From the NCBI RefSeq assembly GCF_006345805.1, contig NC_043003.1:6386001-6450000 (forward strand): 64,000 nt of DNA, given 5' to 3'. Under the pieces are notes generated by a model. It was not told where the DNA came from and did not search any database. It worked only from the letters and a program-made list of their open reading frames with translations. The stretch's first letter is position 1, and each line of letters begins with the position of its first letter. The position numbers and the translations under genes were made by a program. This stretch comes from Octopus sinensis (lineage: Eukaryota). Of the stretch, positions 24,840 to 37,005 are shown piece after piece.

Positions 24840-25082
24840 AATGTGCATGTGCGTGTGTGTGTGCATATATATGTGTGTGTGTGTGTTTGTGTGTATGTGT
24901 GTGCATGTGTGTGTGTGAATGTGTGTGTGCATGTGTGTGTGTGCATGTGCATGTGTGTGTATGTGTGTGCATGTATGTGCATATGTGTGTGTATGTGTGT
25001 GTGCGTGCGTGCATGTGTGTGTGTGTGCATGTGTGTGTGAATATGTGTGTGTGCATGTGTGTGTATGTGTGCATGAGTGTGC
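24840..25082. repeat. Interrupted (TG)n/(TGCA) microsatellite
   Basis: Direct reading. Confidence 0.95.
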
Positions 25083-25138
25083 TTGCATGTCTATCTGTTT
25101 GTCTGTTTGGGCATGTTCTACATTTGTCTAAGCATGTA

Positions 25139-25909
25139 TTGGGTCATCCCATAAATAATGGTTTTTTTTTCAATGGCATGAACTAAAATTCGGAGCGGGG
25201 TGGGATAAACTACCTGCATCAACTTGCCATAAAAACAGGTAGTAATTTTACTTTGTACTTATTCTTAGTGCAAGTTTTGAAGAGTGCAGTTCAATTTTAA
25301 CAGTTACTTTCTCAAAGCCATAATGGAAGTGAGAAAGGAGCATATTTGGCATATTTTGCTTCATGAGTTCAATAAAGGAAACAACATGATGGAAAGTGTG
25401 AGGAATATTAATGCAATATATGGGGATCAGACAATAAGCATAAGCCAGTGTCAATGGTGATTGCAGAAATTCCAAGCCAGAAGCTACAGCCTAGAAGGTG
25501 AGCCTCATCCCGAAAGATCTATAGAGCTTGACGAGGATGTCCTGCAAACCCTGATGGAGAGGAACTAGCAGAGAAGCTTGGATTTGGTCATTCAACCATT
25601 CAACACTACCTGCGTGCCATTGGAAAAGTCAGCAAATTGGGTCAATGCGTTCCTCACAAACTTTCCAAGTCTAATCACATGCAGAGAGCGAATGTGTGTT
25701 CTTTGCTGCCACGTCTCACGAATGAACCTTTTTGGGACCAAATAGTGACTGCTGACAAGAAATGGGTTCACTATAAAAATGTCAAGTGCCAAAAACAGTG
25801 TGTAGGGAAAGGAGAAACACTGGCACCCCAGGATAAAGAAGGTCTTCACCCACATAAGGTGTTGTTATCTGTTTGATAGGATATGAAAGGTTTAGTCCAC
25901 TTTGAACTT
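25139..25909 (+). mobile_element. 3'-truncated mariner of a different subfamily (Hsmar1/Mos1-like)
   Basis: TA + TIR-like ttgggtcatcccataaataatggtttt; from ATG 25323 MEVRKEHIWHILLHEFNKG...GQCVPHKLS...IVTADKKWVHY...HPHKVLLSV**DMKGLVHFEL; cut off by a C insert. Confidence 0.9.
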
Positions 25910-26107
25910 GTCATCATTTATGGTGGCACATAAAAAGCACCCACTACACTCTCGGAGTGGTTGGCATTAGGAAGGGCATCCAGCTGTAGAAACTCTGCCA
26001 GATCAAGACTGGTGCCTGGTGCGGCCGTCTGGTTCACTAGCCCTCTGTCAAAATCGTCCAACCCATGCTAGCATGGAAGGCGGACGTTAAACGATGATGA
26101 TGATGAA
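25910..26107 (+). mobile_element. Family C copy
   Basis: ggtggcacataaaaagcacc ... gttaaacgatgatgatgatg. Confidence 0.9.
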
Positions 26108-26779
26108 AAGAAGTATAAAAAAATACCACATTATCCTGTAGACAGACTGGAAGACCATCAAATGTGAACACTGACACAAATTGTATGCAAGCAGACAAAT
26201 TGATTTGTGTTATGTTAAATGTATTAGATCTAACCCCACCTAGAACCAAAACAGCCCCCAACAATAAGTCCCCATGCAGTTTCACAAGATTGTCTGGGTG
26301 ACCCCCCAAGGTAATGAAGGAGACACGTGACCAAGGTGCAGCAATGGTAGAACTGAACTGCAAGCCATGTAGTTATCAAGCAAGTAGTTTAACCACAAAC
26401 CACCAGGCTTTATTATTTGAAGGCCGTGCATTATCTTATAATTCTAATTAGCACAGGTGCCTGGGTTTTTAATGTGGAGAGAATGTTTAGGTTTGAGGTT
26501 TAACCTTTAACAAGGGAGGGGGAGGGGTGGTTTCACCTTTACCGGGGTGGGTGGGTGGGGTGAAGGGTTGTCACAGACAATAACAAATGTGATAAAGAAT
26601 CCCCGCCAACACCACCACACACACATATCTGACATGACAGATTTCGGAATTTTACAGAAACTTCACGCACACACACACACCAAAACAGTCTCTACTGACA
26701 AATGAAGGAGGCCTCTACGGGGTGGCCATGCAATATCGCAGACATAGCAGTCAAATAAACCTGAAATCAAACCCTATCT

Positions 26780-27167
26780 TTTTTTTTTTTACTTGTTTCA
26801 GTCATTTGACTGCGGCCATGCTGGAGCACCGCCTTTAGTCGAGCAAATCGACCCCGGGACTTATTTTTTGTAAGCCCAGTACTTATTCTATCAGTCTCTT
26901 TTTGCCGAACCGCTAAGTGACGGGGACATAAACACACCAGCATCGGTTGTCAAGCAATGCTAGGGGGACAAACACAGACACACAAACACACATATAAATA
27001 TATATATACATATATACGACAGTCTTCTTTCAGTTCCTGTCTACCAAATCCACTCACAAGACATTGGTTGGCCTGAGGCTATAGCAGAAGACACTTGCCC
27101 AAGATGCCACGCAGTGGGACTGAACCCGGAACCATGTGGTTGGTTAGCAAGCTACTTACCACACAGA
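26780..27167 (-). mobile_element. SINE family B
   Basis: Near full length. Confidence 0.92.
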
Positions 27168-27323
27168 CAAAATATTTTCTCAGATACCTACTCAGGATGG
27201 TCATGTTTGGAATCTCTTTGATCATTAGTTTACTACTTCATTATTTCTGATTTTGTGATAAATTGGCAACCGAACTCAAAATATTGTCATACTTCACATT
27301 AAGGTTTAACTATTTTGATATCA

Positions 27324-27626
27324 TACGTTTATATATTTGTTTTGCAAGATTTTTGATGTGAAATCGTGTGTTGAAACAGATATTGTTGTATTTAGGAATG
27401 GTCATTTTGCCAGTTTAGCCAATAATGGGGAGACACACAAATAAGAAAGAAGAAAGCAAAGGACCACTGATGAGGTCACAGGAGTGTGACAAAAGAACTC
27501 TGGCCGAAATAAGATTAAGATTAATGTAAAAAATGAAAAACGCTGAAGCAAAGTAACACCAAATATATATAATGCGTATTTTTTTATTGGCTAAACTGGC
27601 AAAATGACCATTCCTAAATACAACAA
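27324..27626 (+). mobile_element. 303-bp Penelope-like/retrozyme-like insert with internal inversion
   Basis: 13-bp TSD tattttgatatca (27311-27323, 27627-27639); perfect 46-bp inverted repeat (27380-27425 / 27584-27629); hammerhead core in the spacer. Confidence 0.7.
27461..27505 (+). ncRNA. Type I hammerhead ribozyme motif, G12 mutated to A
   Basis: ggacca CTGATGA g gtcac-aggagt-gtgac aAAA g-aa-c TC tggcc: stem I, core, 5-bp stem II, tiny stem III, CUC site. Confidence 0.65.
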
Positions 27627-27900
27627 TATTTTGATATCAACTTCCCTGAAAGCACAACTTCACTCTATAGTACAAATTCCTCGTTTAAAGGTTATCAGAA
27701 TTAAAACCTTTCCAACGAAATTCCACAATAATTTATGCTCCAAACAGCAGCTTGATAATAATAATAATAATAAACCTATCTGACTTATTCCTTCGTTATC
27801 TTCAAAATTAATTCAAAGATAATTATTTCAACAGAAAGGTAGAGACAGGAGGATTGAAGTGATCTAAATTAAAGATTTCAGGTTAAATATATATTTTAAG

Positions 27901-28155
27901 TGTGGAGGCACGTGGCTTAGTGGTTAGGGTGTCAGCATCATGATCGTAAGATTGCGGTTTCGATTCCTGGACCGGGCGACGCACTGTGATCTTGAGCGAA
28001 ACACTTCATTTCACGTTGCTCCAGTCCACTCAGCCGGCATAAATGAGTAATGCTGCAATGGACTGGCATTCCGTCCAGCTGGGGAACACATACGCCATAG
28101 AAACCGGGCCCATGAGCCTGACTAGGCTTGAAAAGGGCGCATTTATTTTATTTTT
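27901..28155 (+). mobile_element. tRNA-derived SINE family E
   Basis: A box tggcttagtgg, B box ggtttcgattcct, V-domain-like ctgcaatggactggcattccgtccag, tttatttt tail; degenerate relatives at 34700-34830 (-), 42045-42260 and 59045-59175. Confidence 0.8.
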
Positions 28156-28245
28156 CTAATATATTTTAAATAGAAGTTTAATTCAACAGAATTATAAATA
28201 ACAAAAGGAGTTTAAAAGAAAAAACGGTTAGAAATTTAGAAAATA

Positions 28246-28620
28246 ACAGAGTGGCTGTGTGGTAAGTAGCTTGCTTACCAACCACAATGTTCTGGGTTCA
28301 GTCCCACTGCATGGCACCTTGGGCAAGTGTCTTCTACTGTGGCCTTGGGCCGACCAAAGCCTTGTGAGTGGATTTGGTAGACAGAAACTGAAAGAAGCCC
28401 GTCATATATATATGTATATATGTGTGTGTCTGTCCCCCAACATTGCTTGACAACCGATGCTGGTGTTTACGTCCCCGTAACTTAGCAGTTCAGCAAAAGA
28501 GACCAATAGAATAAGTACTAGGCTTATAAAGAATAAGTCCTGGGATCGATATTTTCGACTAAAAAGGCGGTGTTCCAGCATGGCCACAGTCAAATGACTG
28601 AAACAAGTAAAAGAGTAAAA
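28246..28620 (+). mobile_element. SINE family B
   Basis: Head to gactgaaacaagtaaaagag tail. Confidence 0.92.
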
Positions 28621-29294
28621 AAAAGGTATTCTTACCTTCTTTTATAAATTATATTTTGTGTGTTTAACAAAATCATGAAGAAGATGAATTTAGACGATGC
28701 TTAAGCAATATTAAAGGAGATTTTTGGAAAGATTTAAAATATATTTTACAAAATTAATCCATGGTGCACCGACGGAGAAATATTGCACCAGAATACATAG
28801 ATCTCTGTGAGAATGGTATTCCTAAGCTGCTTCCAGCCATGCCAACATAGGAAAACGGATGTGAAATTATGTTATAATAAGCATGATGCTTTTGTACATC
28901 TACACAATATATATATATTGTGTATATATAGATATACATTCAGGAAAATTTAGATTCAGATGAATATGGTACTTAATATCCTTGTTGCTTATTTTGATAG
29001 ATATATATATATATACATACATACATACATACATACATACACACACACAGAGGGAGGCAGAGAGACAGAGAATATAAAAGCAAGAAACATTTACTCCAAG
29101 AATACACATAATCCCTGTAATCCTTGTTTTATCTCCCACAGATTAACAGATTATCAGGATGCACATTTCCAACATTGTGGGATATTCAGCTTTTATGCTT
29201 AACGCACACAAACACACACATACATACACGCACACACACACACAGGTATACAAACAAGTATGTGTACCTATGTGTATATGTGTGTGTATAAATA

Positions 29295-29525
29295 CGTATG
29301 TATGTTTACATGTGACCACGTGTGTACCGTTGGTGATTTTTTTCCCTCCGTCTTCCCTTGCTTGGATCTTTCCTTTTCCTATGTTTCTGACGAAGAGCTC
29401 CGTTCGAAACGTTAAATCCTCCTTCTTTCTTTCCTTTCCTGAGCGTCCAATAACACTATACTTATTCCACGTCCTCGCGTTGTTGTTGTTTTCTCTTTGT
29501 GTTTTCATGTTTGGATTAACTTATA
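29295..29525 (+). mobile_element. Penelope-like pLTR fragment
   Basis: Pyrimidine-rich segment between microsatellites carrying a PLE-type minimal hammerhead; element class is inferred. Confidence 0.55.
29381..29417 (+). ncRNA. Minimal (PLE-type) hammerhead ribozyme with intact core
   Basis: atgttt CTGACGA a gagc-tcc-gttc GAAA cg TT aaat: all core nucleotides present, palindromic ACGT stem III, GUU site, 4-bp stem I. Confidence 0.7.
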
Positions 29526-29677
29526 TATATATACACAAGTATACCTTTATCTGTTTGTGTTAATACACAAACAAATGAAGCCAAGCAAATACAAAAAAAC
29601 ATCAAAAGTTGAAGGGATGTTCATATTTGATGTGAAGGGATGTTTCCTGTTGATGTTAAAGAAGGGGAATAAAAATT

Positions 29678-29710
29678 AAAACATTTCAGAGCAGTCTTTC
29701 TTCAGATGCT
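29678..29710 (-). ncRNA. Degenerate hammerhead-like motif
   Basis: Minus: gcat CTGAAGA a aga-ctgc-tct GAAA tg TT; stem I not recoverable. Confidence 0.35.
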
Positions 29711-30394
29711 AGAGAAGAGAGAAAAGGAGAGCCTGGAGAAAAAATCATGCACAGGTTAAGTTCCCGTGATCAATATCTGTGTATGTGTGTGTGTGTGTGC
29801 ATGCCCATATCATTACATCAGTGTTACAAAGAAGCATCTCCATCCGATAAGCCATATTGCAATCAAGTTGATAAAATTTAGAAAAATAACGACTTGTATT
29901 TATTGCCAAGATACAAATGATAAATTTTATCAAATTTTATTTTATTGTAAGGTAAAAAATATTTTTCTCTAGAAAATTACAATTCATTTCATTTTGTATA
30001 AGAAAACAAGGAATTATTATCATTGTATGTAAGCCATATTTTCTGATACGACCCAACCATGGCACTTCCAAAAGTTATCGATCATCATGGATTACGCTCC
30101 AGTAATAATGATAATTAGCTATTAAGTAAGCAAACAAGATTCATCTTAATTAGCTATAAATTAAATAGTTAAGAGTAATCCCAATTAGTTATTATATAAA
30201 CAATTAAGATAGATTCTAATTAGTAACTAATTTGTATAAATGTCAATTAGTACTAATTAATTTTTAAGTCAACAGTTATGATTCTCATTTTAAGTATGAA
30301 TTATTTTAACTGATTCAAGAGTGAAGGTTGGCAATGAGTAAAGCACTGAAGTCAGCTGACAGGCAGCTGTTCACCAGGGATCAATTCTCAGCCC

Positions 30395-30722
30395 CAGCCT
30401 ACCCTGGCACCTGTGCTGGTGGCATGTAAAAAGCACCATCCGTACGTGGTTGATGCCAACACCACCTTGACTGGCTTCCATGCCGGTGGCACGTAAAAAG
30501 CACCAACCGATCGGGGCCACTGCCAGCCTCCCCTGGCATGTAAAAAGCACCCACTACACTCACGGAGTGGTTGGCATTAGGAAGGGCATCCAGCTGTAGA
30601 AACACTGTCAGATCAGACTGGAGCCTGGTGCAGCCTCCATGGCTTCCCAGCCCCCAGTCGAACCGTCCAACCCATGCTAGCAGGGAAAACGGACGTTAAA
30701 CGATGATGATGATGATGATGAT
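30395..30722 (+). mobile_element. Family C copy
   Basis: Three ggtggcac/gtaaaaagcacc repeats, (gat)n tail. Confidence 0.9.
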
Positions 30723-30744
30723 TCAGGCTATTAACAGAGGAATT

Positions 30745-30962
30745 TAAGACTGGTTACTCTTAGGAGCCATTCTGTGGAAGCCACCACATGGCAAGAGAAA
30801 AGAAGGGCAACTAAAAGCAACTTGGCACCACATCTTCATCGATGACCTCAAAGCCATTGACATTTCATGGGATGAAGCTGAAATTGCCATGGTCGACCAA
30901 CCACATTGGAGAAGCCTTACCACCCAATGTGTCACATGACACAGGAGGACCTAAGACTAAGA
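30745..30962 (+). mobile_element. RTE LINE extreme 3' fragment (separate lineage)
   Basis: AILWKPPHGKRKEGQLKATWHHIFIDDLKAIDISWDEAEIAMVDQPHWRSLTTQC; (ctaaga) tail. Confidence 0.8.
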
Positions 30963-31344
30963 AGCCCTCGGGAGCACCTCTATGTTGATGACCTTGTTCT
31001 TTATAACTAAATCCCTACCAGAACTAGAGAAGAAATTTCAGGTGTAGAAGCAAGGTCTAGAATGAAAGGGCCTTAGAGTTAATTTTTAGAGTGAGTTTAG
31101 CAAAGACCAAAGTCTTGCTAAGTCGGAAAACAGACAAATCACAAATCCCTTCAGGGAGATGGCTCTGTTCAACATGTAGAAAAGGTGTAGGTAGAAATTC
31201 CATAAGGTGTACCTGGTGCAAGCTATGAACAATATCAGAGGAAGATTAACAAGGAAAATAGTTTTTGTGTGTGGAAGGTGTTAAAGTACAATAAATACTA
31301 GAAATGTACAGAAAATGGTTTTTGTCAAATGCCAGGAGGGATAC

Positions 31345-31965
31345 TTAGAATTAGTAGACAGTTTCCATTACCAATGGAAGAGGATGCTCTGAGAGTGCAG
31401 CTGTTAGAATAAGAACAGGTGAGGCAAAGTTCAGGGAGCTTCTGCCTTTGTAACAAAGGGCCTTTCCCTCAGAGTGAAAGGCAGATTGTATGATGCCTGT
31501 GTGTGAACAACCATGCTGCATGGCAGTGAAACATGGGCTCTGATTGTTGAGGATGTGTGTAAGCTTGAAAGAAATGAAGCCAGTATGCTTTGCTGGATGT
31601 GCAATATCAGTGTGCATGTTCAACAGAGTGTAAGCATCTCGAGAGAAAAGTTGGGCATAAGGGGCATCAGATGTGGTGTGCAAGAGGGACGACTATGCTG
31701 GTGTGGTCTTGTGATGTGCATGGACAAGGATAGCTGTGTAAAGAGGTGCAAGTCTCTAATTGTGGAGGGAACCTGTGGAAGAAGTAGACCCAGGAAGATA
31801 AAGAACAAGGAGGTGGAATGTGATCTTCAGATGTTTGAGTCTCAGAGAGACGATGACAAGCGACTAGGACTCTGGCAAATTGCTGCGCTTGAGAAGACAC
31901 ATCAAGCTAAGTAAGATCATGGCCGTAGCCCAATGCTGGTGATGCGTGAATGGCACCTGTGTGTG
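31345..31965 (+). mobile_element. RTE LINE ORF2 C-terminal fragment related to the family C parent
   Basis: KFRELL..VTKGLSLRVKGRLYDAC..MLHGSETWAL...GRLCWCGLV...GRSRPRK. Confidence 0.9.
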
Positions 31966-32062
31966 ATAATGAACAAAAATAAAACACAATAAAGAACTGA
32001 GGAGAGACAAGTTTTAACAAATATGTTGCATTAGTTTAAGGCTTAAAAGGGAGAGGGGAATG

Positions 32063-32097
32063 GGTTAACGTTTTGGACATTAGTCCTTCATCAGAAG
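32063..32097 (-). ncRNA. Minimal hammerhead motif, G12 mutated to A
   Basis: Minus: ctt CTGATGA a ggac-taat-gtcc aAAA cg TT aacc; perfect 4-bp stem II, ACGT stem III, weak stem I. Confidence 0.55.
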
Positions 32098-32769
32098 TAA
32101 AAAAAAGATGAAAGAGATGAGGGTGGTCCAGGGAAGATTATTTTAAGTAATGCAAGGAGCATCTTCCTTTTCTCTCTCTCTCTCTCTCTCTCATTAATTT
32201 TTTTATATATCTGCTATCTCCATACCCTCCCCACCACTACCAGCTGGCTTCTATAACGAGGGAGGGGGGAATCTGTCTGATCTATTTGTTCTGTGTTCTC
32301 TCTATCTTCCAACAAGAAAGACTTCAAACAGCTCCCCATCCACAGCGCCGCCACTTCAGTTCCCTCTTGGGACTTCAAGGAACAGGTAAGTGGGGAGGGG
32401 GGCATGGTAAACTGGGAGGTGTTCAAACAGCTGATATCTTTTCTCTAAACCCCTTCCCTCCCCTTATATCCCCCCTCCAGAACTTTTTTCTTCAATTTGT
32501 TTTATCAAAACACTCAGTACCCCCCCATTCACCCATGTTCTCTCCCCACACGCATTTAGGAGAAAGGGGTTTTGTTGTAGCAGTAGTGATGATTATGATA
32601 GTAAAGGTGGTGGTGGTGGTGGTGCTGTTGATGTTTTAACCCCAGGCCAATCATTATCAAAACCTTGATCCCTACTGTGTTGGATTGAGGGAAACTTTAG
32701 CTCCTATTTCTAGCAAGATGACCAAGCTCTGCATAGAGAAATATTCTCTAAAGTCCTAGTGCAGGGGGT

Positions 32770-33203
32770 GTGGCAAGCTGGCAGAACCGTTAGCACGCCG
32801 GGCGAAATGCTTAGCAGTATTTCGTCTACCGCTACGTTCTGAGTTCAAATTCCACCGAAGTCGACTTTGCCTTTCATCCTTTCGGGGTCGATTAAATAAG
32901 TACCAGTTACGCACTGGGGTCGATGTAATTGACTTAATCCGTTTGTCGGTCCTTGTTTGTCCTCTCTGTGTTTATCCCCCTTGTGGGTAGTTAAGAAATA
33001 GGTATTTCGTCTACCGCTACGTTCTGAGTTCAAATTCCATCGAGGTCGATTTTGCCTTCCATCCTTTCGGGGGACGATTAAATAAGTACCAGTTATGCAC
33101 TGGGGTCGATTAAATAAGTACCAGTTATGCACTGGGGTCGATATAATCGACTTAATCCGTTTGTCCTCTCTATGTTTTAGCCCCTTGTGGGTAGTAAAGA
33201 AAT
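32770..33203 (+). mobile_element. SINE family A dimer
   Basis: Head + 2 units, junction aagaaata|ggtatttcgtc at 33000/33001; extra 32-bp internal duplication ~33078-33141. Confidence 0.9.
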
Positions 33204-33784
33204 GGGTACTGATAGTGATGGTGATGTTGATGGCTATGGTGGTGGTGGTGGTGGGTTTAAAGTTTGAAAAGTTGCTTAAAATGAATAATCATTAGGAATT
33301 CCTTTCCATTTCTCTTGGAAACCCAAATACATCATCATCATCACCATCATAAATGTTGTTGTAGTGATGACAGAGATAAGCGTAGGTGGGTAGATAGAGG
33401 TAGTAGTGGTGGGGTGTGTGGGGTGCATGGTGGTGGCTATGGATGGATTTTACAAGGAGCTAATTATTGTTTTCGTTAGCTTATTTATACACACACACAC
33501 ACACACACACACACCAGAAGCTGTCAAGATGTACAGTCGCCACCACCATCATCATCGTCACAACAACACCAATTAGCATCAAATGAAAGGTTAATATATA
33601 AACTATACACCGCTCACTGCAATCACAGCATCTGTACATCATCATCATCATTATCATCATCATAGTCATCACCATCCGACTCTATGGCCTCCTCCTCTTC
33701 CTTTTCCACCACCACTGCCATTATCGTAGTTATATAAAGTTTATCAGAAACACAAGTCTAGATGATTCACTAACAGCTAAGTTA

Positions 33785-33970
33785 CATTCACCACCACCAC
33801 CACTGCCATTATCACCATCACCACCACCACCACCATCATCATCATCACCACCACCACCACCATCATCACCACCACCATCATCATCACCACCACCACCATC
33901 ACCATCACCACCACCACCACTACCACCATCACCACCACCATCATCACCATCACCACCACCATCATCCTCA
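33785..33970. repeat. (CAC/CAT)n tract
   Basis: Direct reading. Confidence 0.95.
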
Positions 33971-34863
33971 TTTACACACCATCCTCTGACGTGGTGATGA
34001 TCACCAGCCATCATCATATAACAACACCAAAGCTATGTAATTAGGTTCTGAGCACTCCCCCACCATGGAGAGAAACTTGAAGATGACGCCACCGACGATG
34101 ATGATGATAACATCTCTTTTACTTCCTGAAGTCTTACCTCTGACAAAAGAATCCATAATCATCATCGTCACATTATACATACTTGAAGACTTTTTTTTTG
34201 TACACCCACACCCATCCACCCACCTACACACCCATCCACCCACACAACTGCAGTAAGAATGATTAGTTTTCTTTTCCCTGAGGTCCATCCCATTAACAAT
34301 CAGAAGCTGTCATCATCATTGTTACTATTATCATCATGACAGGACCCACCCCAGGGAGCAGTGGTGAGGAGACATATTTTAGTTGTCCCAAATCCTTAAA
34401 ACAATCCATTTGTTGATATGATAAAAGAGACAATGGCAAAGAGAGGAGGAGGGAGAAGAGATAGGAATGAGTGGGGGGGGAGAAAGTGTGAGAGAGTCAG
34501 GGTGGAAGGGAAATAGAATAGTGGAACCCCACCCTCATTAGGAAGCTAACCTGATTTATTAAGGATGGCAGTGCTAAAGTAATGTGTGCCATGTGCCACC
34601 CCAGATACTTAAGCAATTAAGCAGCTGCAAGTACATAACAGCCCCACCACTCTTGAAAGGACATAAGCTCAATCAGATAGCTTAGCCCCTGTCCCCACCC
34701 TGGGACTCATTTTCAGCTGAGTGGGCCAGAAGCAAAAGTGAAATGTCCTCGTTCAAGGGGCACAAGGTACCACCTGATTCAAGAATTGAACCCACAACCT
34801 ATCAACAACATCCTAACCACCAGTACCACACACCTTCACCAGTCATGAACTAGGGTTGGATTT

Positions 34864-35228
34864 ATTTTGTCTGCCGTTACGTTCTAAGTTCAAATTCTGC
34901 CGCGGTCAACTTTGCTTTCATCCATTCGGGGTTGATTAAATAAGTACCAGTTACGTACTGGAGTCGATATAATCGACTTAATCCGTTTGTCTGTCCTTGT
35001 TTGTCTTTTTTGTGTTTAGCCCCTTGTGGGTTGTAAAGAAATAGGTATTTCGTCTGCCGCTATGTTCTGAGTTCAAATTCCACCGAGGTCGACTTTGCCT
35101 TTCATCCTTTCAGGGTCGATTAAATAAGTACCAGTTATGCACTGGGGTCAATATAATCGACTTAATCCGTTTGTCTGTCCTTGTTTGTCCTCTCTGTGTT
35201 TAGCCCCTTGGGGGTAGTAAAGAAATAG
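34864..35228 (+). mobile_element. SINE family A dimer, headless
   Basis: Junction aagaaata|ggtatttcgtc at 35043/35044. Confidence 0.9.
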
Positions 35229-35754
35229 GATTTAATGAACTGTGCCTCTACCCTCCATGGACAACAAAAGCATTTCATCTCCATCACCTTGACACCACCA
35301 TCTTCTTGATGCAGTGATCAAAGAGACTCCAAGCATGACCATCCTGCATGTTTGGATCTGAGGAAATATTTTGTCCAATGTATCTTTTCATTGTAGAAGA
35401 CAATAGTGTGCAATTTGAGGGTTTATTTGACTGCTATGTCAAATATCAACTTGTCAGACCTCACTGAGTAGACTTCTGATCAAAGATAGTCCAGCCATGA
35501 CCAACTCACCTTTCTATTGAGGGTCACATTATTCAATGTATCCTTCCTCAGTTAATACCACAGAGTATGATTTGACTGCTATTTCTAGCAAATCAAGTGA
35601 GTATGTAAATGCACTCATGGTTTGCAAAGCAGCAAGGCATCATTTGAGGCAGATTTGGCTGCCATTACTAGAGGTTCAGTGACCATGTTCCCTTAACTCA
35701 GAAGACCAATGTAATTTAAGAAGAGTGGCTGGTTATTTCAAGAATGATGAACAA

Positions 35755-36150
35755 CAGGAGTGGCTGTGTGATAAGTAGCTTGCTTACCAACCACATGGTT
35801 CCGGGTTCAGTCCCACTGCGTGGCACCTTGGGCAAGAGTCTTCTACTATAGCCTCGGGCCGACTAAAGCCTTGTGAGTGGATTTAGTAGACGGAAACTGA
35901 AAGAAGCCCATCGTATATATGTATATATATGTATATATATGTATGTGTGTTTGTGTGTCTGTCCTCCTAGCATTGCTTGACAACCGATGCTGGTGTGTTT
36001 ATGTCCCCTTCACTTAGCGGTTCGGCAACAGAGATCGATAGAATAAGCACTGGGCTTACAAAGAATAAGTCCCGGGGTCGAGTTGCTCGATTAAAGGCGG
36101 TGCTCCAGTATGGCCGCAGTCAAAATGACTGAAACAAGTAAAAAGAGAAA
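35755..36150 (+). mobile_element. SINE family B
   Basis: Full length. Confidence 0.92.
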
Positions 36151-36654
36151 AAAAGAGAGAACTGTAACTTAGGCTTCACGTTAGATCATAAAATGGTCAA
36201 AGGGTGATTTGAGGGTTATTTGACTGCTATTTCTCACGGGTCAAATGGGGTGGGGGGAGGGCACTGCTGTCCCACATTCAGTGTTTTGTTACAATGTGGT
36301 TTACTGGTTGGGGTTCACCTAAGTTTAAAACTCTTCTTTCTCAACCCTTGTCAGTTTTCACACTTCCCATGTGAAGTGGTGGACTTAATCCATTGCTCCA
36401 GCCCCCATATTATATAAACACTGGGATCAACTCTCCAGTCTGAGGAGACACGCCCACCACATGAAGCTACCCTGCTCCACCCCTCATAAAAATTTACATT
36501 TTTCTAAATTTCATTATCTTTGTATCAGAATCTTGTTTCCCTTAAGATGCGATGATAACACTGTACATTAGATACCATTAATTAATTAGCAAGCTGTCAC
36601 TTTATTCCACTAATTAGTAATGAGAGAGATATTTGGGTGGAGATATCACCACCA

Positions 36655-37005
36655 CTTGACTTGACTTGACAGCATTCACCCGGGGTGGGTTGAGCTGCTT
36701 CATCCTCAATGCTGCATCTCTCACAAGCGCCGACCAGGCCTGGCGATTTGAGGCTAATGACCGCGTGATCTCCAACCACTCCTTATTCCAGCGGTGAATG
36801 CCATAGATATGGGGGCCTAGGTTGGGTTTCCAGATCAGCCTTGACTGTCATCAGCCAGGTTTTTCGTTGTCCACCACATCGCTTTTGCCAACCCTGAAGG
36901 GGAGCTGGGGCAATTGCTTCGTAGATGAATTCTTCCGGTTGACAACAGAAGGCATGACCCAGCCAACACAGACGTCTCATTAGGATGACTTGTCAGAGGG
37001 AGGCG
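36655..37005 (-). mobile_element. RTE LINE 3' fragment, third lineage, (caagt)n tail
   Basis: RRLCWLGH...GWQKRCGGQRKTWLMTVKADLE; same family as 53306-53563. Confidence 0.85.

Noticed and set aside
34138-34247. Minus-strand acceptor/donor pair (cttactgcag| ... cagag|gtaaga), 110 nt
   Set aside because: Content is low-complexity GT/GAT repeat; most likely a chance cryptic exon.
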